21,674 nt of DNA, from contig CBFFRQ010000194.1 in NCBI GenBank assembly GCA_965644315.1, positions 1 through 21,674 of the forward strand, written 5' to 3'. The notes beneath the pieces are model-generated. The model had not been told where the DNA came from, ran no database searches, and saw only the letters and a list, made by a program, of their open reading frames with translations. Below, piece by piece: positions 1 to 9,000 of the stretch (within the stretch, counting starts at the first letter, position 1; each line of letters begins with the position of its first letter). The position numbers and the translations under genes are program-made. The stretch is from Caecitellus pseudoparvulus (Eukaryota; Protista; Bigyra: Bicosoecida).

Positions 1-67
1 GGGGAATGACAGCTGATGCTGCGAGAGGCATGCCATGTGAAGCAAAGCAATGATGCACAATGCACCA

Positions 68-134
68 GGGGGGACTATAAATTCATAAATGAATTTATGA
101 GCGATATGCCTCAACTGCTAACGCAGTTTGCGGC
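68..134. repeat. Hairpin module copy 1 (GGGGGACTA-stem/TAAA loop-GAGC..TGCCTCA-stem/TAAC loop)
   Basis: ATAAATTCA-TAAA-TGAATTTAT (77-98) and AACTGC-TAAC-GCAGTT (113-128) are perfect inverted repeats; the module recurs at 632. Confidence 0.75.
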
Positions 135-211
135 TGGTTACGGATACGAGCTTAGATATATTTATAAATATTATTCTTAGATATATTTCTTAGATATATT
201 TCATAATATAG

Positions 212-599
212 ATAACACTTATTAGACACTTCTCCTATAAAAACAATCACTTATAAACCCTTGAGTATATTTTTTACTTACTTTTTACTACTATTTTATA
301 AGGGTTATCTAAGGGCTATCACTATATAAAAAAAAATAATAATAAAAAATATAAAATAAATATATATATATATCTGTTTCAGTCATTCTTAACACTCCTT
401 AACCCTTATAACACTTATTAGACACTATCCCTATAAAAACAATCATTTATAAACCCTTGAGTATATTTTTTACTTACTTTTTACTACTATTTTATAAGGG
501 TTATATAAGGGTTATCATTACAATAAATAGAAATAATATAAAAAATATAAAATAAATATATATATATATATATTTTCTGAGACTATTCTTAGCCCTTAT
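212..599. repeat. Tandem duplication of a ~196-bp AT-rich unit (212-407, 408-~599)
   Basis: Both copies begin ATAACACTTATTAGACACT and share TTATAAACCCTTGAGTATATTTTTTACTTACTTTTTACTACTATTTTATAAGGGTTAT followed by a (TA)n run. Confidence 0.9.
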
Positions 600-631
600 C
601 TGACAATCAGTCAAAACAAAATTGAAGCAAT

Positions 632-731
632 GGGGGACTACATACATAAATGTATGAGCTGCCGTGCCTCAGATTGCTATCGCAGAGAGAAGGAAGGAAG
701 GAGTCTTCCGCTTCGCTCTCCTTCCTTCCTT
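632..731. repeat. Hairpin module copy 2 plus a 14-bp perfect inverted repeat
   Basis: GGGGGACTA CATACA-TAAA-TGTATG AGC..TGCCTCA..TGC-TATC-GCA; AAGGAAGGAAGGAG (690-703) pairs with CTCCTTCCTTCCTT (718-731). Confidence 0.75.
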
Positions 732-1054
732 AATTTCTCATTCGTTGCACTCATTCTAAATATATGTTTTGTTACACAAAACATTCTGTTGGTTACCTTT
801 TATTATTATTATTATTTGGGTTACCTATCATATGAGAAATTAATATATATTTTTTTTAAAAGTCCCTAAAAAAAACGTAACCTTATATAAATTAATATAT
901 TATATATAAAAATTTTTTTTTAGGGTATTATAATACACTTACAGTATAACCTTCTAAAAGTATATATTTCGTTCATTCATTCGCTCATATAATCAAAAAA
1001 ACGATATTTTTTATAGAAGGGTATTTAAAAAACCCTATAATATATATTTATATA

Positions 1055-1161
1055 AATCAATCATTCATTAACCATATGAGAAATTCAATCAATCAATCAT
1101 TCATTAATCATATGAGAAATTAATCAAATTATTCAATCAATCATTCAATCAATCAATCAAT
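1055..1161. repeat. (AATC)n/(ATTC)n microsatellite-like tract with repeated CATATGAGAAATT
   Basis: Visible AATC/ATTC repeats; CATATGAGAAATT occurs near 829, 1073 and 1109. Confidence 0.7.
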
Positions 1162-1331
1162 AAAAAATAAAAAGGAAAAGCCAACGAAAATAAAATTTAA
1201 TTAATCAAACAATAAAAGGGAATTAATAATATTATGGTTATAACCTAACGCACCTTATGATAATACTTTATATATAAACCTTTTTTAAATCACTTAAAGA
1301 TTTGTTATTTTACATATATATATAATATAGT

Positions 1332-3035
1332 ATGGAAATATTCAAATTTACTGAATTTAAAAAATGTGTAGCAAATGATGAAGCTAAATGGAAAGCACAA
1401 AACTTTGATAACAAAAAGTTTAATGAAATTAAGAAAATTAAAAATTTTGAAGTTTGTGAATACTTAGAATCAAAAAATTACATTAAAAAAACTGTTTATT
1501 TAGTAAATGATGATTATATTACAGGTGGTGTAATTATCCCAAAAAAAATATTTGATGCAAAAATTCAAAGATTTCCTAAAATTCTTAAAGAATGGTTTAA
1601 GTTTGAGTATTGTAATTTTAAAACTCCAGTAATTAAAACTGATAGAGAAAAATTATTACCTGATGAATTTAATTTATTGCCTGAAGGATTACATAAATAT
1701 AAACCATTCAAAGATTTTGATAAAGAAATAAGAAAATATGCATTATATTATATAAACAATTATATACGATCTGTTTTATGCAATGATAAAGAAGAACATT
1801 TTCAATATATTATAAAATGGATTTCTTATATGATACAAGGCTATAGAAACGATGGTATGCTTGTTTTTAAAGGAATTGAAGGTTGTGGAAAATCAACATT
1901 TACAAAAATGATATGTGATTATATTTTAGGACGTAATAGAACACAAAAATCAGACTCAAAGCCATTAACTGGTGGTTATAATAGTGAATTAATGGGGAAA
2001 CAGTTGATATATTTTGAGGAATTGCGGTCAGGAACAAAAAGCGAACAAGAAATGGCAGCATCAACATTAAAAGATATGATTACAGCAGAAACACTGAATT
2101 ATGAAGAAAAATATAGAACAAGACTAAGTAATATTAAAAATGTTTCTAATTTTGTAAGTTTATCAAATAATTATTATGCTATTAAAGATAATCAAGGGCG
2201 ACGATACTTTATATTGGATATTAATACATCACATTATGATAATGAGGAGATGTGGGACATAATACATATGAAATGTATGAATAAAAAAATAGGACACGCT
2301 TTATATTGTTATTTTATGGAAGTAGATGTAAAAGGTTTTAGGTCTCAAAAAGATATGCCATTAACAGAAAATAAAATTGCATCTTTTGTTAAGTCCTATA
2401 CGCCTGAAATTATATTTATTAGAGATTATTATTTATTTACAAAAAAACCAATGAATATTAAAACAAACGATTTATATGCTGAGTTTTTAGACCATACCCC
2501 AGTTAATAATCCTTCAAAAAAATCATATTTTTATGATAAATTAAAACACTATGGATTCCAATACAGAAAATCAAATGGATATAATAAATATATTTATAGT
2601 CCTTTAGAACTTCAAGAACTAGCCGATAAATTTAAATGGGGTTTTATAGATGAAGCAGAAAATCACGAAAAAAAAGATGATTTAACAGAAAATGAAGAAG
2701 AATACACAAAAGAACAAGAATTAATAAATGACCAATCAAAAAGAATAAAAGAATTAAATAAAGAAGTGGAACAATTAAAACTACAAATAAAAAAATTAAC
2801 AGAAAAACCAATACCAGAATATGAACCAAAAATAGAAGAGCAAAAAGAAGAGCCAAAAAAAGAACCAAAAGAAGAGCAAATAAAAGAGCAAAAAGAAGAG
2901 CCAAAAGAAGAACCAAAAAAAGAACTAAAAGAAGAACCAAAAGAAGAGCCAAAAATTAAGCCCAAAAAGAATTTACAAGACGATTTTAATGATTATGCAT
3001 TTAACGATGAACCTGAAATCAAGTCCAAAGGTTAG
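1332..3035 (+). CDS. D5-like/superfamily-3 helicase (primase-helicase-type ATPase of viral/Polinton-like elements; DUF5906-like), possibly C-terminally truncated
   Basis: 567-aa intronless AT-rich ORF. Walker A GIEGCGKS (1872-1895), Walker B LIYFEE, LKDMIT..YEEKY motif, sensor FVSLSNN and arginine-finger-like GRRYFIL, then coiled-coil and K/E/P low-complexity tail. The stop codon is the TAG of the GGTTAG junction. Confidence 0.8.
   Translation: MEIFKFTEFKKCVANDEAKWKAQNFDNKKFNEIKKIKNFEVCEYLESKNYIKKTVYLVNDDYITGGVIIPKKIFDAKIQRFPKILKEWFKFEYCNFKTPVIKTDREKLLPDEFNLLPEGLHKYKPFKDFDKEIRKYALYYINNYIRSVLCNDKEEHFQYIIKWISYMIQGYRNDGMLVFKGIEGCGKSTFTKMICDYILGRNRTQKSDSKPLTGGYNSELMGKQLIYFEELRSGTKSEQEMAASTLKDMITAETLNYEEKYRTRLSNIKNVSNFVSLSNNYYAIKDNQGRRYFILDINTSHYDNEEMWDIIHMKCMNKKIGHALYCYFMEVDVKGFRSQKDMPLTENKIASFVKSYTPEIIFIRDYYLFTKKPMNIKTNDLYAEFLDHTPVNNPSKKSYFYDKLKHYGFQYRKSNGYNKYIYSPLELQELADKFKWGFIDEAENHEKKDDLTENEEEYTKEQELINDQSKRIKELNKEVEQLKLQIKKLTEKPIPEYEPKIEEQKEEPKKEPKEEQIKEQKEEPKEEPKKELKEEPKEEPKIKPKKNLQDDFNDYAFNDEPEIKSKG
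2820..2965 (+). repeat. Coding low-complexity KEEP/KEQ repeats in the helicase C-terminus
   Basis: Repeated AAAGAAGA(G/A)CCAAAA units encoding KEEPK. Confidence 0.8.
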
Positions 3036-6000
3036 ATCTCAATGCATTGCACTTCACCTCCACGCTTGCAACTTACGCGGTTCGGCTTGGGCGTCACATG
3101 CGGCGCTCGCTGCCGTGCACGAATGCACTGCAGAGGCGTCGCAGCGGCTTCCACTTGTGTGGATCTGCAACCAACACAGTCTTGCGACCGTTGTAGAGGT
3201 CGCCGCTTGCTAGGGCGTGTTCTACGCCCGCCCCGTGGGGAGAGAGTCCACTCCTTGGCCAGCTTGAACCACACCATAGAGAGTCCATCCAGGTGGCGCG
3301 CTCGACAATCAGCACTTCACAACATAATCCAAATCATTTCTCTGTGCTGTACCTCATGCTTGCTCGCTTCAACGTGCCTGCTGCCGCGGTGAACCCTTGC
3401 GGGGCAACTGCAGGCCGTTGTGAGGGAGGGGTGCTGCTGTGGCGTTTCGGTTGAAACGCCGCGGCGGCGGAGGGACCGCCTGGCGCACAAGCGCGCGCCG
3501 CAGCACCACATCCCCTTCGCAGGTTACTTTCCTCATATATAGGTTCATCATCTGTCGCACTTGGATGCTGAGTCCGGAGCCGGTGAGTCCGTGCCTGCGG
3601 CCCCGCGCGTGGTCCGTCCGTACGTCAAGCACGGCTTGTTCCACCCGCGTTGCCGCAGGGCTGCTTCAAGGACATCAAGAGGCTCCATCATCGTCAGGTA
3701 GGTGCCCGCGAACCCATGCTTCAGCAATTCCTCCTCCTTTCGCAGAGCTATTCGACGATCATCGGGGGGGCTTCAGCAGGCGCACTGCTTCGCAGGAGAG
3801 TGACCGTGGTTGTCACCACGCCATATGTAAGCCTGCTATTGCACGCCCGCGCCCTCCAGTGCCTCTTCTTCGCCCTCAGAGCCTTGTCCCATGGAGACTG
3901 ACTGTTTCCCTCGGACCAAGCCGTGGTCAAACAAGGTCGACTGCTGGGAGAAGGACCGGGGTGGCCCGCGCTGTGAGCGATCAGGGAAGTAAGTGCGCTG
4001 CGTCCTCCGCGTGCGTACATCCTGAGTCTGCCTGTTCACAGCACTTGACACAGGAACCGTATGGCCAGGAAAGGGACAGGCACGGCCGTGAGCTGCCCAC
4101 CAGAGGTACCTTGCGTGCCGCTGGATGTGCACATGCTCTGGCGAGGTAAGTCGAAGCATGCGCTGCAGCATGACGTCCCACGCAGATGAAGCGAAGGCAG
4201 CGCCTGCCTGAAGCAACTTCTTCCAGAGGACAGGGGGCTTGACTGGACCACGAGCGGAGCGAAGGAGGAGATGGGGGTGGCTCATGACCGCCGCCCCTTC
4301 GGGACCCCACAGCTGCTGCTCCGGGTCCTCGTCAATGCGGAAGGGCCACTGGCCACATAGGAGCAAGCGGAGGAGGAGTCTGGAGGACGACCGAGGGGAA
4401 GCAGACCGAGCCTTCGCCAACTGAAGGACACAGGTCAGGGGGGCAGGGATGGACAGATGAGCAGGGGGGCGGTCGCCATGTACGTAGCTGTTGGACTGGG
4501 CTGCGATGGACAGCATGGTGGTGAAGGCGTCTTGCCTGGCTTGGTCCAGAGCTGGGTGGCTGCACCAGAGCAGGACGTGCTCGTGCAGAGTGGCCCACGA
4601 GACACTCCCGCAGAGTGGGCACGCTTCAAAGAGCGTCGGGGTGTCTTCGCCGTGGATGAACTGAAGAGTTTGCCAAAGATGGACTTTCACAACTTGTGGC
4701 CGGTCATTATCGCAGACCCACAGTAGTGGACTTGGGGCTGACGGGATGGGGTGGAGCCAGCAGAAGAACCGGGCCCCCACGCCTACATGATACGGGCGTG
4801 GACGGCGCACGCGGTGTAGGTCACCGGTGGGGGAGTATCCGAGGGCAGGGCATTCAGATGACTGGGCGATGTGCAAGAAGGAGCACACAACGTGCTGCCG
4901 CGCACGCCACGACATCTTGGCAGGGAAGGCAGGAGGCGACAGCATGCTTGAGGAGGAGGAGGCAGCCAGACCAAGGTACTTGATCTTGGGAGGCGTGGGG
5001 TCCAGGTCCTGTGTGTCGGTTTCGCTGTCTTGGGAAGCAGCACCTGAGCTTCCATCCCCTTGGATGAGCCCCTCAAGGGCACTGCGGCTGGGCAGGCAGC
5101 CGTGCAACCACAAGTCCAGCAGGCCGTGAAGAGCGAAGGGAGGGGGGATTCCTGATCGAGCGCGGTCCAGGTCTCCGTTCAAGTTGACAAGGAACTCCAT
5201 CGTGACTGGGGAGGGGAGCATGTCGAGCGCAACCGGCAGGGTCTGCAGCATGACCCTCGCTACTGGTGTCCCGGCATGGAGATCGGAGATGAGCTTGCGG
5301 AAGATGTTCGAGCGAAGCTTGGTTGCGCGTATGTGTGCAGGAAGGAAGCCACATGCGGCGAGTTTTGCATAGTTGTGCATCCTTGCCAGGGAACTTTGCA
5401 TGCCGATCTGCGTCTTGCTCAGTGCAATGGCGAGACCCCGATCCACTTCACGCAGGGGAAGGACCGAGTTGCGGACCTGAGTAGCGAGTATGTAGTCCGC
5501 CGCAGCCGTGATTGAGGCACTGCCTATGCGCTGCTTGAGGTCAAGGCCTACCCATTCACCTGTAAGTAGAGCACCGCACGCAAATCCCGCTTGTGTACAG
5601 GAAAGGCCCGCCTGTTTGAGGGCAAGGGCCCGCGTTTTGCGGACATTCTCGCATAGTGGAGCGCCAAGGAAGACATAGCTGCGTGATCGCTGGATGTGGA
5701 CACCACCAACTGTAAGTGCCTTCCCAGACTTGAGCCACCTGGTCCGCCATACTGCCTTGCGCCTCTCGTTCGCGCATACCCCGTTGACTGGTGCTGCGTT
5801 AGTTACCACCATGATGCCGGACTTTCTTGGGTTGATCGTCAGGCCCACACGCGCCCCCACAGCCCGCACTTCATGAAACATTCTTTGCATCGCAGAAGGA
5901 GACGTGGCCAAGCAAGCAAGATCGTCGGCATACAGAGTGTGAGTGAGGCGGCCTGCAGATGTAGGCACCCCAGCTCCAGCGTATCCCTGTTTAGGGAGTT

Positions 6001-9000
6001 CTTGAAGGCGCTGGGACAGAACATCAATGGCGACTTTGAAGAGTAAGGGTGACAGGGCGCCACCCTGAGGGACGCCGCTTGTGACAGGGAGGGGATCGCA
6101 CAGTCCGTGGGCCGTGTGGATGGAGACACTGGCCCGTGACATGTACTCTGACACAGTCTTGAGCAGGGGCTGAGGCAGTCGGGCGGCTTCAAGGATCTCC
6201 AGAATGGCGGCATGACTAACAGAGTCAAATGCTGCCTTGAAGTCAACAAACATCACAAGGACATGCTTGTCTGGTGAGCGTCGAAGGTAGCTATTTGTGG
6301 CCTCCTGAAGAGCAATGATTTGCTCGTGTGTGTTGCGTGCCTTGCTGAACCCTGCCTGCTCTCGCGAGATCCAAGACTTCATCCATGCTTCCACGCAGGC
6401 CGCGACGACGGAGAAGAACAACTTGGCTGGAGGAGGCCGACAGACAATCAGCCTGTACGTATCCACACGCCCTGGCATACTCGTCTTCTTTGGGATGAGC
6501 GTGCCCACGCCCTCATGGTACTTCGCAGGGCATGATCCACCTTCAAGGACTTTCAACAGGGCTTGACTGTAGTTCTTCTTGAACTTTGCACTGGAGTACT
6601 TGAGGTGCTCAGCCTGGAACTGACCTCTTCCAGGATTGCGGTGCAGATTGAGAGCATTCATGGCTTTGATCACAGTGTGTTCAGTTGGGAGCCAGGTCGC
6701 TGGTGGCTGGAACTCTGCATGCATGGATGGTAGCAGTCTTCTCAGCCCATACTTGAGAGGCGTCAGGGGTGTGACAGTCGGACTGATGATCTTCCCCATT
6801 TGCTCGCGAACAGTGTGCTTGACGGCAGTGCCTGCATGCACAAGCTTCCCATCGCTCCCGTACACAGACTGCAGGGATGCTGTCCCTGCCTTTTTCCTTC
6901 GACCAGACAGCCGCCTGACATGCATGTGGGCAGCAAAGGGGTCAACGACCGCCAGCTCTTTGATGCGCTGCTTGATCTGAAGAACCGAGTGCTTGTGCTT
7001 CTTCTTGACCAGGTGAGTGCACCGTCGCATTGCCTCCTTCCTGATCTGCACTGTGTGGGAAAGGTCTTCCACCATCATTCCTTTCTGTTCTCCAAGAACG
7101 CGGGTCATGACAGGATCTGAAGATCTCGCAGTGTTGTGGACCAAGGCAAGGCGTCGGTCAATGCGGCACAACTCGCGTCGCAGCTTCTTGGCCCGAGCTG
7201 TCATCTTCTTCTTCAGTTTACTGTACTTGGACACGTCAGTGAACACTTGAAGTACTTGAGGAGATGTTCCCTTGCAGGTAGCATGTGCCTTCTGGGCTGC
7301 TGCAGCAATAAGTTGATCCAACTTCGACAAGGCCTGTCCCTCTCCAGTGCTTGCAGGTGGTATGAGTGTGGTGGCCTGGGCATGGTCGAGGAGGCTTCGG
7401 TGGAGCGCTTGAGCTCTCTGTCCCGACAGTGTCGAGGACGGCCACCACGGCGGGACAGAGTGGGGTCGTTTCGGACAATGGGCGACCTTGGCCTTCTTCA
7501 CAAGCTTCAGGGCCACAGTTGAGGACAGCAGGAAGTGATCGCTGAAAATCAGGGCTGCCTTTTGCTGACGTCCAGCACTGGAGAAGGTGGTCGTTATCTT
7601 CAAGGGGCGTGTCATGGTTGTCTTCAGCAGTGGGCACAAAAGAATGTGGTCAAGTGCTCTGTTGTATGTCGCATGGGTCGGCACACCTGCCTTGCCTGGG
7701 GGTGAGAGTCCGCCCATTTGGCAGAGCCTGTCAAGTTCTTGGACATCATCAGTAGGATCAGGGATACCAGTCTCATTCACCCATGCCTCTTTCCCCCAGC
7801 ACTGCACACCACTGTCACCCGGGTGACAGTTCAGATCCCCCATAAGCACCATCATGTGCGTGTGTTGCAGGGACTCTACGGCCGCGTGCAGTTGCTCCCA
7901 GACTTCCTGCCTGTGGGGGAGCTTTGTGTCAGGGTCGGCCAGTGGCTTCTTGCGTTGTGCCGTGTGCCAGTTTGGTACGTATGCAGCAATGATGGCAAGT
8001 GGTTTGGGCTTGGCTGGGACTGAACATGCAACGATACAGCGGCCGTCGAGTCCCAGGTCGAGCAGTTGTGTGGCTCCAAGGCGTTTGTCCAGAAGAAGAG
8101 CCACCTCACTTCTCCCTGGTGGTCTGTCAGGGGGGTTGGGCCTAAAGCACTGGAGGCCTACCACCTCAGTGTCGAGGGTCCCATGCCCTCCGGGTTCTGT
8201 CAGGCAAAGTGCAAGCAAGGCAGTGTGGGCTTGGGGTGTTCGTGCACAGTGTATGACCTGGTGAAGGTGGGTTCCACAGGATCGTGCGACGTTCCAGGAG
8301 ACGAAAGCCACCTTGGTCAGGCCCTTTCGACCAACAGGGGTATGTGGACCCTGGTCCCACCGAGCAGACATTGAGTCCCAACTCTGTGGGATGAACTTCA
8401 TGAGTGGGTCATTGTCCTTGGCTTTCTCCAGCATGGAGGCACTGTGTCGTGTACGTCGTGCCTCTGGAAGGACAACCCGGGTTGCCTTTCCCGCGATGAG
8501 TGTACGCGCATGTGCAGTGCTGTCATTCACCACAAGCGGCAGGGGGGGGTACTCGTCTCGGATGGTCTTGAACGCATCACGCAGTCGATCGCGGAAGGAC
8601 CGTGTGTGACCTGAGAGTGGAGTGACCGCTACTCTGTACACAGTGGTTACCCCTTCCGTATGTAGCCGGATCAGACACTTGTGTAAGGGAAGTTCTGAGG
8701 TAGAGCTTGGCAAATCTGGGTTCCACATGTGAAGCACACCATGGTCATGGTCAATGAGGAGTAGTTGAAGGTGAGCACTATGCGCCTTGGATGGAATGGT
8801 CAAGGCAAAGGCAAAGTACACATCCTCAAAGTAGTCCTCCTGCCGTTCGTCCTCCATCACAGCTCGGACATCAAGCTGACTGCTCGGTAGGAGGTCTGCG
8901 CCCTTCAGCGCCTTGTGACCGTTGTTGATGTGCTGCATGAGCAGGTGTAAGCCGGGAAGGAGGACAGGCGGGGATGCAGCTGACAGCAGGGAGTCTTCAG

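Noticed and set aside
212-599. CRISPR-like array
   Set aside because: Only two long tandem units, no repeat-spacer pattern, eukaryotic context
630-869. 79-aa plus-strand ORF
   Set aside because: Overlaps hairpins and low-complexity AT-rich sequence; no protein-like motifs
2644-2965. Hydrophobic Leu/Phe- and Ser/Phe-rich minus-strand ORFs
   Set aside because: Antisense shadows of the K/E-rich helicase tail
5660-6650. RT as telomerase, Penelope/Athena, group II intron or LTR-type
   Set aside because: The upstream APE domain, LINE-type RT motifs and CCHC knuckle indicate a non-LTR element; no LTRs, integrase or GIY-YIG seen
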